DNA from: a virus
Reading direction: 5' to 3' (one strand)
Virus record (IMG/VR): IMGVR_UViG_3300036940_000389
Length of the DNA stretch: 64,000 nt
Position 1 is the stretch's first letter, and each line of letters opens with the position of its first letter. Position numbers and translations under genes: made by a program. This document shows positions 34,562 through 43,647 of the stretch, piece after piece. A model generated the notes under the pieces. The model saw only the letters and a program-made list of their open reading frames with translations. It was not told where the DNA came from and made no database searches.

Positions 34562-35314
34562 ATGGATGGTATAGTCAAATTAAATGGTGAGCCTGTTGAA
34601 GGAGTTATCATTAGATCACATAAAAGAAGTGATGGCTCATTAATACAAGAAACCACTTCAGGTTCTGATGGAACTTTTTCTATTCAATTATCGACTACTG
34701 ATTATTGTTATGTTGTAGCAGAGCATCCGCAAGAAGGTGGGAATTGTTTGATATATGATAAAGTACAAGATTCAAAACTGGTGTTTAATTATATTTTTAT
34801 TGATGAGGCGCATGGAGAATACACTACAAGCAATGATGCCGACCCAGGTTCTGCTACTGATACTTATTATAATGATTTAGAAAAGGTTCGTAATTTAATG
34901 GATGATGTTACTTCTTTTGAAGTGACTAATTTAGTTTTGAAATTACCTTGTGAAGAGTGGGATAGTAGTGACGGTATTATTGTTCCTGAAGAAGAAAGTT
35001 TTCCAGGTGATGTTGCGAAAAAAGAAGAAGTTGAACGAGATGTTCCCTTGCAAAAAATGAAAGACGAATTCTTAGGAATTTATAATTCTGATTTAAACAA
35101 AGATAATACGATAATTTATATGAAGTTGTGGGTTGATGATAGTGGATCAATGACCGTTGATGATATAAATCCTGAGTATTCTGATTTTATAGATTGGATA
35201 CAGACTGAGTATCCTGATGTTAATTTGAGCACTGAAGAAAGTCCCAGTGATGTTGCAGGATTGGAGAGATGGTTAAATTGGATTGCTCACTTTATAGAAG
35301 AGAATATGGAGTAG
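34562..35314 (+). CDS. tail-region protein with N-terminal prealbumin/carboxypeptidase-regulatory-like domain
   Basis: GIVKLNGEPVEGVIIRSHKRSDGSLIQETTSGSDGTFSI. Confidence 0.7.
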   Translation: MDGIVKLNGEPVEGVIIRSHKRSDGSLIQETTSGSDGTFSIQLSTTDYCYVVAEHPQEGGNCLIYDKVQDSKLVFNYIFIDEAHGEYTTSNDADPGSATDTYYNDLEKVRNLMDDVTSFEVTNLVLKLPCEEWDSSDGIIVPEEESFPGDVAKKEEVERDVPLQKMKDEFLGIYNSDLNKDNTIIYMKLWVDDSGSMTVDDINPEYSDFIDWIQTEYPDVNLSTEESPSDVAGLERWLNWIAHFIEENME

Positions 35315-35324
35315 GAGTTCTATT

Positions 35325-35709
35325 ATGACATTGCATAGACTCAGAGCACGACTTGTGTTTCCAGCAAGTTCTGGAATGGCACAGTGGGCTAAGGATCAGC
35401 TACAAGTGCGTCATGATCAAGCTACGCATATTAATGAGGGTGCAAAAAAACGAAGAGCAAAAATATAATATTCTCAATGATTATGAGGATGATAAGCAGG
35501 AGATCAAATGTGATCTACCATTGCTTGATGAAGCTCATGCTCAAGATGCTTACGCCATCCTGACGGATGCTTCTGTATGGACGCACTTAGCTGAGGGTGT
35601 TGGAGTTAATTGGGTCGAGCACCATACTTGCGACCATGATGAGGAAGTGCGGACGGGATGCAAGACTGTATCTCGAAAAGAACATGGCGAACCATTGGAT
35701 GATTTATAA
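35325..35709 (+). pseudogene. gene split by one extra A in an A7 run (35444-35450)
   Basis: AGGAG SD and ATG 35325 frame stops after 47 aa; removing one A joins it to the track ORF ending 35709 (385 nt = 128 codons + 1). Confidence 0.65.
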
Positions 35710-38700
35710 TGCCTATTTCTGATTTTCTCCGTAAAAAAGCACTTGATGTAGCAGGCGTAACAGATCAGCCCACTATTTCCAGGACTATGTGCCTGAAAAT
35801 CACGTCTGGTAATGATTCTACAACAGGTACAGGTGAGATCGTTCTGGACTGGAGTAGTATATCTTCCAAGGCTGATATTGCTGTTTATGATCAGAATAAC
35901 AATTTACTAGATTACTACTTTGAGTCATTTAACAGTACAGACGAAAAAGCAGTTATCTGGGTTTATCGTGAGTGGGTGCAGGATGGCAGCACACAGTTGA
36001 AGGTGGCTTATGGTAATGGGCCGAGTGATCAGAGCGTTTCTGCCAGTACGGTATTTGATAAGGAAAGCAATCTATCCGCTGGGTATCTATACAACGAGGA
36101 AAGTGGGGATGCCCTTGATATCACCAGTAACAATAATGATGCTACTGTAAGTGGGGTCACGCAGGGTGAGGATGGGATTGTAGACGGTGCTTACAGTTTC
36201 GATGGTAGTGATGATTATATAGATTATGGGGACAAAGCGGAATTTCAATTTTCGTCTGGGCAGGCGTTTGCTTTTGAAATTTGGGTTAAACATATATCCG
36301 GGTCATCTAATGGCAGTATCATAACAAAGGGTTATGGGGATCCCGCTTCTTCTGGTTCTGATAATACCCCATGGTATCTAATGCGTGCAGCGGACGGTGA
36401 ACTTAATGGCAAGGCCGAGTTCTTCCTCCGTTCCGGTTCTAGTGATTTCGATGCGATCGGCTCTACAGATGTTTTAGATGATTTCCATCACATTGTCGCT
36501 GTGTACGATCCCAGTGAGGCCGAATTGCGGCTTTATGTCGATGCCGCCCTTGAGGATACGGTCACTGGAGTAGATCAGGATGCCTATGGCGACAACGGCA
36601 ATGCAATGATATCTGGACCCCATAATGATGACTTTGCTGAGTTTTTATTAGGCCTACTAAAAATTTATAAGGATGGCTATCCTTCTGAGGACGATATTAC
36701 TGCCCTCTACAATGCAACCAAATCCTCCCCCGACTTTTTCAGCCAGCAGGCGGGGGTAGTAACAGTTGTTAGCACGGACGAAACAACAAACGTAACCAGC
36801 ACCTCAGCCACACTTAATGGTACTCTTTACAGTCTTGAAGGCGAGCCCAGTCTGGATGTTTGGTTCGACTATTCAACTGACGATACATTTTCAACCTACA
36901 ACTCCACCTCAACGCAGACCTTATCTTCAACAGGTAGCTTTTCAGATGATGTTTCCGACTTGACTGCATTTGAAACATACTATGTCCGAGCCGCTGCTAC
37001 TGATGGTGTTGACACCTGGTACGGCGGAACAAAGAGTTTTTTCACTACTGATTTTTCTTATGTAGAAGATGAAGGAAGTGATTTTGAGACAGGGACGCTG
37101 ACGGATGTTGAGGTTGTTGATGATAAGTTACAATTACCAATGGATCAAATTAAATTTGATTTTGAAGATGAATTATCAGGATGGACCTCTGATAAGATGA
37201 ATCTTGAACGAAGTTCAGATCAATCCGTATCTGGATCATATTCAATGTTTGTTGAAATGACAGGGGAACATTGTAGTTTTGAAAAAGAAATAGATTCTAT
37301 ATCTATAAATAATGGGAAAAGCGAAGCTAATTATTGGTTTCGTATAAAAAGTGAAGATTGCGATGATCATCAAGTTGGTTTTTATGGTAATGATGGTAAA
37401 TCAATAACATTAGATTTTGAAAGAGAGCTTCGAAGCACTGCTTATTATTTTGGTCCTTTTGGAAATAAAGACAGTGGGGTGGCATTATCTCTTGATACTT
37501 GGTATAAATTTGAAGTTTATTTTAATGGTTCTGATTCTGTTGTTAAAATACTTGATTCCTCAGAAACAGAATTAGATAGTACGACTGTTGATTTATCAGA
37601 TATAACTTATATAGATAAGTTTAAAGGAGAAGGAACTGCTGATGGTGGTTGGAGTTATTACATAGATGATGTATTTATTTTTGGTAGTAATACATCATCA
37701 TCTGGAACACGCACCACAGATCCTATTGATCTCTCATCCTTAGAATCAGCAGAAGATTCAATTGTTCAATGGGATTCAGATGAGCCAACAGATACAAACA
37801 TAAAAGTTGAATCTTCACTTTCTACAGATGGTGGAGATACTTGGAACAGTTGGGTAGAACACAGTAATGGATCAGCAGTTTCTTCTATTGAAGGAACAAA
37901 TTTAGCTAGTGGATTAATAAAATTCAGACAAACATTAGAAACAAATGATGATGCTAAAACTCCCACACTATCAAAATTTGAATTTTTTGTAGCAGAGGGA
38001 GAAATTTCTGAAGAAACACATACAATTATCAAAGAACAATCAGAATCTGAGGATTCTGTACACGTAATACACGCTATTGTTACTGATTCAGGAGAAGGAA
38101 CTGATTCAGTTTATAAAGAGTACGTAAGTTTCACTTTACAAGAATCATCTACTGGAAATGATTACATAGTCATAAATGATATATTAGTAGTTGAAGTTTA
38201 TGATAGCAGCAATGATGCTGTGGATGCTGTTACAGAAATTGAGAGTGTTTTTAATTTAGAAGATGATTCTGCAGGAAGCGATGATATTGATTCTCGTTTT
38301 GGAGTTTTTGATTCTTCCTCTTCTTCAGAAGATATTACTGGTGTGACTGTTTATTCTCCTGTAGATGATACAGGAACAGTGGATGAGCAATTAGGAATTG
38401 AGGTTTATTTTTCAATTCAATTAGAGCATGAAATTGGTGATTGGGTTGGATATAGGGTCCAGCTTATTGATTGGATGAATAATACTGAAAAAATTGGAGT
38501 CGAGACATCTCTTATTACTTTCACAGAGAGTTTGACTGGAGATGATTCAAATATAAGCATATCTTATTTGATCCAACTGTCTGATGAAGCTCTGTCAGAA
38601 GAAATTCTTTCGTTTTTGAAGCTCACAACAATATTAGAAAGTGGATTATCACAAGATGATATTGTTTTAAACATTTTTCAAAATGTGCAGGATTCTATAC

Positions 38701-39308
38701 AAAGTGCTATAGAAAGTATTTCTGGAACTTTTTTTGCTAAAGTACGTCAATATGCAGTTGGAGATGATTCTGAATTTCCTAGCAATTTTTCAAATTTTGT
38801 TGATAATGTTACTGGATCTGACAATGTATCAATAAGTCAGTCTTTAACAGTACAGGATGAAGGATTAGGAACAGAAAATGATCCAAAAGGATGTGGTACT
38901 CTTTATGAAGATGTTGCTGTAGCTGAAACAATCAATATTGCATCCCATATACAAGTGTCTGATGAAGTGATCAGTTCCGATGATGAGGATATCAAGAAGC
39001 TTTTTACAGTAAATGATGATGGTGCAGGAAATGATGAAATTGATAGTGCTTTTTGCATACAAGATGCTTGTACTGTTGAAGAATCTCCTACAATTTCAAG
39101 TTCCATGCTATTAACTGAAAATGCTGATGCTAGTGATGATGCTACTCAAGTGTATTCTGGATTGGAGGGTGATGTTTTGGTAAAAGCAATAAATTCTGAA
39201 GGAAAACTTAGAATCGCACATATTGTCAAATTTTTTAGGAGTTCTCTGTATACATTCAAAATAAAAGAAACCGCTAAAGGAGAAGATAATGTAAGAAAAC
39301 GAATCTAA
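35709..39308 (+). CDS. large receptor-binding/tail fibre protein: DUF2341-like, LamG/ConA-like, FN3-like, acidic repeats
   Basis: ADIAVYD..LLDYYFE..AVIWV (DUF2341-like); AYSFDG..FEIWVK..FHHIVAVY..LYVD (LamG); D/S-rich repeats. Confidence 0.8.
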   Translation: MPISDFLRKKALDVAGVTDQPTISRTMCLKITSGNDSTTGTGEIVLDWSSISSKADIAVYDQNNNLLDYYFESFNSTDEKAVIWVYREWVQDGSTQLKVAYGNGPSDQSVSASTVFDKESNLSAGYLYNEESGDALDITSNNNDATVSGVTQGEDGIVDGAYSFDGSDDYIDYGDKAEFQFSSGQAFAFEIWVKHISGSSNGSIITKGYGDPASSGSDNTPWYLMRAADGELNGKAEFFLRSGSSDFDAIGSTDVLDDFHHIVAVYDPSEAELRLYVDAALEDTVTGVDQDAYGDNGNAMISGPHNDDFAEFLLGLLKIYKDGYPSEDDITALYNATKSSPDFFSQQAGVVTVVSTDETTNVTSTSATLNGTLYSLEGEPSLDVWFDYSTDDTFSTYNSTSTQTLSSTGSFSDDVSDLTAFETYYVRAAATDGVDTWYGGTKSFFTTDFSYVEDEGSDFETGTLTDVEVVDDKLQLPMDQIKFDFEDELSGWTSDKMNLERSSDQSVSGSYSMFVEMTGEHCSFEKEIDSISINNGKSEANYWFRIKSEDCDDHQVGFYGNDGKSITLDFERELRSTAYYFGPFGNKDSGVALSLDTWYKFEVYFNGSDSVVKILDSSETELDSTTVDLSDITYIDKFKGEGTADGGWSYYIDDVFIFGSNTSSSGTRTTDPIDLSSLESAEDSIVQWDSDEPTDTNIKVESSLSTDGGDTWNSWVEHSNGSAVSSIEGTNLASGLIKFRQTLETNDDAKTPTLSKFEFFVAEGEISEETHTIIKEQSESEDSVHVIHAIVTDSGEGTDSVYKEYVSFTLQESSTGNDYIVINDILVVEVYDSSNDAVDAVTEIESVFNLEDDSAGSDDIDSRFGVFDSSSSSEDITGVTVYSPVDDTGTVDEQLGIEVYFSIQLEHEIGDWVGYRVQLIDWMNNTEKIGVETSLITFTESLTGDDSNISISYLIQLSDEALSEEILSFLKLTTILESGLSQDDIVLNIFQNVQDSIQSAIESISGTFFAKVRQYAVGDDSEFPSNFSNFVDNVTGSDNVSISQSLTVQDEGLGTENDPKGCGTLYEDVAVAETINIASHIQVSDEVISSDDEDIKKLFTVNDDGAGNDEIDSAFCIQDACTVEESPTISSSMLLTENADASDDATQVYSGLEGDVLVKAINSEGKLRIAHIVKFFRSSLYTFKIKETAKGEDNVRKRI

Positions 39309-39326
39309 TGATAAATTGACGATAAA

Positions 39327-39355
39327 TTGACAGTGAAGGATTATTTTATTATTAT
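39327..39355 (+). promoter_or_regulatory. sigma70-like promoter
   Basis: TTGACA-17 nt-TATTAT; preceded by the direct repeat GATAAATTGAC x2 (39310-39331). Confidence 0.55.
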
Positions 39356-39379
39356 AAGTTTACGAAATAAGGGGGTTAT

Positions 39380-39529
39380 ATGAGCAAAGATTACTCTTTC
39401 ACAAAGACATCTGGAACTGTCAAGCGTTTCAAATCAGATAAGGATTACAAAGAAAACAATCCTTATAGTGAAACAAAAATAGAAAACAATAAAAAAGGAG
39501 TCCCAAATGCAAGAAGTAGGAACGATTAA
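39380..39529 (+). CDS. 49-aa ORF resembling the N-terminus of the next gene
   Basis: SFTKTSGTVKRFKSDKDYKENNPYSE vs TIKKTWTIRKYASDQDYLEGKEPFE; AAGGGGG SD. Confidence 0.5.
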   Translation: MSKDYSFTKTSGTVKRFKSDKDYKENNPYSETKIENNKKGVPNARSRND

Positions 39530-40001
39530 AAAAACGTGGACTATTAGGAAATATGCCTCTGATCAAGATTACTTGGAAGGCAAAGAACCTTTTGAAGTAT
39601 CTTCTTTCGAGGGAAATGTTCTTTTAAACGAAGGAATCAACAATGTCCTTTTAGCTTTGCTGTGCGGTACTGATTCTCCAAATCCATATAGCAACACATA
39701 TGCTTATATCGGTGTTGGAGATAATGATGGTGATGTTGCTGCGGATGCTGATCAAACAGGATTGCAGGGATCAAACACATCTTATGCTTCAATGGAATCA
39801 GGATATCCTTCAGTATCATCTCAGAAAGCTACATGGAGAGCAGTGTTTGATGGATCAACTGGAAATCATGCTTGGCAAGAGTTCACTGTAGTTAATGCTT
39901 CTGATGATACAGGTGATAATTTGAATCGAAAGGTGAGTGATCAGGGCACAAAAGCTTCTGGACAAACCTGGACATTAGACATTGAAATTGTCTTTTCATA
40001 G
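39507..40001 (+). CDS. tail-associated structural protein (putative)
   Basis: GNVLLNEG, YIGVGD, WQEF, GTKASGQTWTL..FS pattern seen in phage tail regions; AAAGGAG SD. Confidence 0.65.
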   Translation: MQEVGTIKKTWTIRKYASDQDYLEGKEPFEVSSFEGNVLLNEGINNVLLALLCGTDSPNPYSNTYAYIGVGDNDGDVAADADQTGLQGSNTSYASMESGYPSVSSQKATWRAVFDGSTGNHAWQEFTVVNASDDTGDNLNRKVSDQGTKASGQTWTLDIEIVFS

Positions 40002-40005
40002 TGAG

Positions 40006-40027
40006 TAAGGGGGCTTTTGCCCCCTTA
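40006..40027 (+). terminator. hairpin/terminator
   Basis: TAAGGGGGC-TTTT-GCCCCCTTA directly after the stop. Confidence 0.65.
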
Positions 40028-40063
40028 TTCATATAAAATGTTGATTTGAGCTAAAGGGGCATT

Positions 40064-40831
40064 ATGGATTTAGGATTTTTCATCTCAATATTGAGTTTAC
40101 TAAAAGATCACGTAGCGGACTCGTTGTTAATAATTTGTGTTTTGTTTGTTATTATTTATCAGATAAAAGAAACAAAGATACTAAAAAATTTCTTATTAAA
40201 AAGCACACAAACTGAGGAAAATCATAAAAAATATCTGAATAAACATATCTTAAAAATGGTTCGTGATTCTTCTTGTATAAATGCTCAATTAACAAGATTG
40301 TTGTATGATTTACGTGCAGATAGAGCTTGGGTTTTTGTTTTTCATAATTCGGGTTCTGATCTTTTTGGACAACCCTTTGCTAAAATAACAAATACAAATG
40401 AAGTGACAGCAATCGGATACAAATCTTTGATGGCAGAAAGAAAAGATGTGCCCGTAGGATTGATGGCAGGGTATATAGAATGTCTTTTGGACAATAAAGA
40501 AATTCATTGTGAGGATGTTGATAATATTTCTTTAGATCAAGTAAAAGAATATAGTGTGAAAAGCACTTTAAAATCTCTTGGTATAAAATCTTCATATTCT
40601 GTTGCTCTTTTTTTCAATAAGGAAGATTTTGTTGCAGATGGAGTTAAAGGTAAAAGTTCAATGGGAGAAGTTCCATTAGGATTTGTAGGAATTGATTACA
40701 TTAGAGAAAAAAGAACTTTAACAGACAAAGAACGGCAACGAATACATGATGATGCTATGATTATAAAAGGATTCATGTTGTCTACAGGATATTATGAAGA
40801 TGGTGAATTTTGTAAGATAAAAGGGAAATAG
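40064..40831 (+). CDS. putative holin with N-terminal TM and GAF-like domain (T4 T-like architecture)
   Basis: hydrophobic LLIICVLFVIIY; LRADRAWVFVFHN..GFVGIDY GAF-like pattern; first gene of lysis cluster. Confidence 0.5.
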   Translation: MDLGFFISILSLLKDHVADSLLIICVLFVIIYQIKETKILKNFLLKSTQTEENHKKYLNKHILKMVRDSSCINAQLTRLLYDLRADRAWVFVFHNSGSDLFGQPFAKITNTNEVTAIGYKSLMAERKDVPVGLMAGYIECLLDNKEIHCEDVDNISLDQVKEYSVKSTLKSLGIKSSYSVALFFNKEDFVADGVKGKSSMGEVPLGFVGIDYIREKRTLTDKERQRIHDDAMIIKGFMLSTGYYEDGEFCKIKGK

Positions 40832-40835
40832 CTAT

Positions 40836-41393
40836 ATGGAAAAAAGTTTAAAAAACGGCGATGTCGTTTATCGACTAAAACACAATAGTTTTTTCTCTAA
40901 GGCAGTTGCTTGGTTTACAAGAAGCAAAAATGAAAGACCAACAAGAGCAGTACATGTAGCTATGATTATTTTCTATGCTGGAGAATTCTATGTGATTGAA
41001 GCTGTATCCAGAGTAAAAATAACACCTTTTAAAGAATGGGCAAAAGACAAAGAATTTTCTGTTTGGAGAAAGAAAGATCTCACTGTATCTGAAAGAATTG
41101 ATTTGCGAGATGAGGCTTTAAAATACAAAGGTTGTTTTTATGGTTTTTGGAAATTGTTTTTACATGCTTTTGATGCATTTATTAGCAAGATTTGGTACAA
41201 AGAAGTTTTCTTATTAAGAAGATTGCAATTTATAGATAGATACCCAATTTGTAGTTGGTTAGTAGCATACACGTATTATAATGCTTTGAAGTATTCGTTT
41301 GGGACAATACCTAAGTTGACTGATCCTGATTCAATGAATGATTATACACGTAAAAGTGAGGATTTTCATCTTGTATTGATTAAGAGAGGCTAA
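40836..41393 (+). CDS. permuted papain-like amidase (YiiX/YaeF, C92 family)
   Basis: LKNGDVV, HVAM, VIEA, KY.G..YG, PICSWLVA (His before Cys). Confidence 0.8.
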   Translation: MEKSLKNGDVVYRLKHNSFFSKAVAWFTRSKNERPTRAVHVAMIIFYAGEFYVIEAVSRVKITPFKEWAKDKEFSVWRKKDLTVSERIDLRDEALKYKGCFYGFWKLFLHAFDAFISKIWYKEVFLLRRLQFIDRYPICSWLVAYTYYNALKYSFGTIPKLTDPDSMNDYTRKSEDFHLVLIKRG

Positions 41394-41395
41394 AT

Positions 41396-41527
41396 ATGAA
41401 AAAGAAATGGTACAAAAGAAAAGATTTTTGGGCTTCTGTTGGTGCTGCTCTTGTAGCAGCGGGAGTTATTACTTCAACTCATTTGGAAAAAGCTGGTAAA
41501 ATTTGGGAAACTTTGTTTGGTGGATAA
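41396..41527 (+). CDS. 43-aa membrane peptide, holin/antiholin candidate (not in ORF track)
   Basis: MKKKWYKRKDFWASVGAALVAAGVI...; AAGAGAGG SD. Confidence 0.55.
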   Translation: MKKKWYKRKDFWASVGAALVAAGVITSTHLEKAGKIWETLFGG

Positions 41528-41545
41528 CAAAAAAGGAGTTATAAA

Positions 41546-41974
41546 ATGAATATTTTTGCATTTCGATGGTTTGTGCTTTTTATAGCTTTGTCTTTGTTTG
41601 GTTGTGCAACTGCATGGAAAGTGGCTGAGAATCCTGCATTTCAAACCACTGTTCAGTATGCAATGATCAAGTGGTTGTCCGATGATGAGGATAAACAATC
41701 GCAAGCTCAAGTAATTGTTCAAAAGCTCCAAAAGTATGCTGACCAATCTGCACAGGTTACGGTTGATGACGTGGAACAGCAGGTAATGGATCAGGTTCCC
41801 TGGGAGCGGTTGGATACTGCTGACCAATATTTGTTGCGGGAGATGATCAAAGATATTGCAGAGTACGCCCGTGAGCAAGTCGGGGAAGGTGTTTTGGACG
41901 GTGACGACAAAGTGAAGCTGCAAGAATTTTTAAGCTGGATAGAGAACGCTATCCATTTCGCAGAAAAGAGGTAG
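41546..41974 (+). CDS. lipoprotein (spanin-like or other envelope function)
   Basis: signal peptide with lipobox LSLFG-C. Confidence 0.7.
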   Translation: MNIFAFRWFVLFIALSLFGCATAWKVAENPAFQTTVQYAMIKWLSDDEDKQSQAQVIVQKLQKYADQSAQVTVDDVEQQVMDQVPWERLDTADQYLLREMIKDIAEYAREQVGEGVLDGDDKVKLQEFLSWIENAIHFAEKR

Positions 41975-42023
41975 TAATGCCTACATATCGAAATGATGAT
42001 AACGTAACATATAGGATAAAAAC

Positions 42024-42515
42024 ATGAATCCAAATCAATTAAAAGAATATATTGATAGGGTGTTGTCCAACGAAATTTCTAAGTATCATAGCCGTGAAGC
42101 TGTATATCAAATATTGTTCACTGCTGCTGCTGAGTCAGATTGTGGTAAATATATTCGTCAAGTGAAGGGACCTGCTATGGGGATTTTTCAAATTGAACCT
42201 AATTCAGAAAAGCTTGTTTGGAAATGGGCAATCAAAGAAAGTGAAGATTTTTTTGAAGCTCTTGTAAATAGTTCTACAGGAAGCATTTTTAGTGAGGATG
42301 ATTTGGTAGGAAATATCAAATATCAAATTATTCTTGCTAGAGCTTATTATTATTCTTGGCCTAATGCTCTTCCAATCATATCAGATCCAATAGATAAAGA
42401 GAGCATCAAAAGAATGGCTGAATACTGGAAAAAATATTGGAACACTGAAGAAGGAAAAGGTACTGTAAAAGGAGCGATAAAGAAGTACAAAAAATTTGTT
42501 GGTAAAAAAGTATGA
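42024..42515 (+). CDS. endolysin, lysozyme/transglycosylase-like
   Basis: TAAAES..YIRQVKGPAMGIFQIEP; AEYWKKYWNT..GKG. Confidence 0.7.
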   Translation: MNPNQLKEYIDRVLSNEISKYHSREAVYQILFTAAAESDCGKYIRQVKGPAMGIFQIEPNSEKLVWKWAIKESEDFFEALVNSSTGSIFSEDDLVGNIKYQIILARAYYYSWPNALPIISDPIDKESIKRMAEYWKKYWNTEEGKGTVKGAIKKYKKFVGKKV

Positions 42516-42528
42516 TTGGAGAATTACT

Positions 42529-42753
42529 ATGTCGGAAGATAATTTTCAACTGACCCTTGAAAATCAATTAGATATTGAGTCTGCGTTAATAATGATGGAA
42601 ATTGTTGTCAATAACAGATTATTGACTATTCCGAATATTGAACTTTTAATGATTGCCAAAAACAGATTAGAGAAACAGATAGAGAACATAAAACTTCGTG
42701 GAGCTATTTGCGATCATGAAGATATAAGAGAATTTTGTGAAGGGAGCAGATAG
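42529..42753 (+). CDS. hypothetical protein
   Basis: GGAGA SD before ATG 42529. Confidence 0.55.
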   Translation: MSEDNFQLTLENQLDIESALIMMEIVVNNRLLTIPNIELLMIAKNRLEKQIENIKLRGAICDHEDIREFCEGSR

Positions 42754-42776
42754 AAATTTTTGCTCCCTTCATTTTT
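42739..42776. terminator. likely bidirectional terminator at the convergence of late and early blocks
   Basis: GAAGGGAGCA/TGCTCCCTTC stem followed by ATTTTT, between convergent genes. Confidence 0.7.
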
Positions 42777-42792
42777 ATGTGATTTGTGTGAT

Positions 42793-43314
42793 TTACGCAA
42801 TTCCTGTGTGTCCAAATCCACCTTCTCCACGACTTGATTCAGGAAGCTCTTTGCATTCTTCAAAGATAGCTTGTGGTGATAATTCCAAAGAAGCTTGTAC
42901 TATTCTTTCTCCCGCAGATATATATACATCGTGTTCATTTATATTTTTGATAAGAGCACAAACTTCTCCTCTGTATCCCTGATCGATAATTCCTGTTCCA
43001 TTAGCAAGCATAATCTCATTGTTTTTTGCTTGTCCAGAACGTATGTACAATTTCATAACAAAAGGGGGAGGAACTGCTACTTTTATTCCTAAAGGAATTT
43101 GCACTATTCTGTCTTTGGAAATCAATCCGCTGATACAAGATCTCAGATCAAAACAAGCATCTCCTTCTTTTGCATATTCAACTGGTCCCCATTTTTTGTA
43201 ATCATAATTTCCAAGATACATTACTTGCAATACAGGCCTTAATAATGATTCATGCATATTGAAAATTATCGGATGACAATGTTGATGTCTTGCTACATAA
43301 TCTTTTGTGCTCAT
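42793..43314 (-). CDS. dut: trimeric dUTPase
   Basis: ACFDL, IRSG, GIIDQGYRGE, GERIVQ, RGEGGFGHTG. Confidence 0.95.
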   Translation of the reverse strand: MSTKDYVARHQHCHPIIFNMHESLLRPVLQVMYLGNYDYKKWGPVEYAKEGDACFDLRSCISGLISKDRIVQIPLGIKVAVPPPFVMKLYIRSGQAKNNEIMLANGTGIIDQGYRGEVCALIKNINEHDVYISAGERIVQASLELSPQAIFEECKELPESSRGEGGFGHTGIA

Positions 43315-43484
43315 ATATTGTCCTCATCTATTTTTATTTTTAATTGATAATAATCGTTTGAGTCTCCAATATCGTTCACTTTATTTTTCCAACAAGAATC
43401 ACATCTCCTCCAATATCCTTTTTTAAGCACTGCGCCGCAATCGACACAGTGCTTTTTTGTTTTTTTTCTTTTTCTGAAAGTCAT
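43311..43484 (-). CDS. small zinc-binding protein
   Basis: CVDCG..RRCDSC; start uncertain. Confidence 0.55.
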   Translation of the reverse strand: MTFRKRKKTKKHCVDCGAVLKKGYWRRCDSCWKNKVNDIGDSNDYYQLKIKIDEDNI

Positions 43485-43489
43485 TATTT

Positions 43490-43636
43490 TTATAAAACGC
43501 AAATCATAGCAATGAATGCGTTGCTGTGATCACGTCTGAAAAGTTGCAAAGCTTCATCCAAGCATCCAGCAACAATATTGACAGAATAAGGAATATCACT
43601 TTCATTGAAGTATACAAAATGATATTTGCGTCCCAT
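43490..43636 (-). CDS. small protein (paralogue of 46059-46211)
   Basis: AAGGAGA SD before ATG 43636. Confidence 0.55.
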   Translation of the reverse strand: MGRKYHFVYFNESDIPYSVNIVAGCLDEALQLFRRDHSNAFIAMICVL

Positions 43637-43647
43637 GCTATTTCTCC

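Noticed and set aside
28397-39308. Diversity-generating retroelement or invertible tail-fibre cassette
   Set aside because: No reverse transcriptase, invertase, template/variable repeat pair or flanking inverted repeats were seen.
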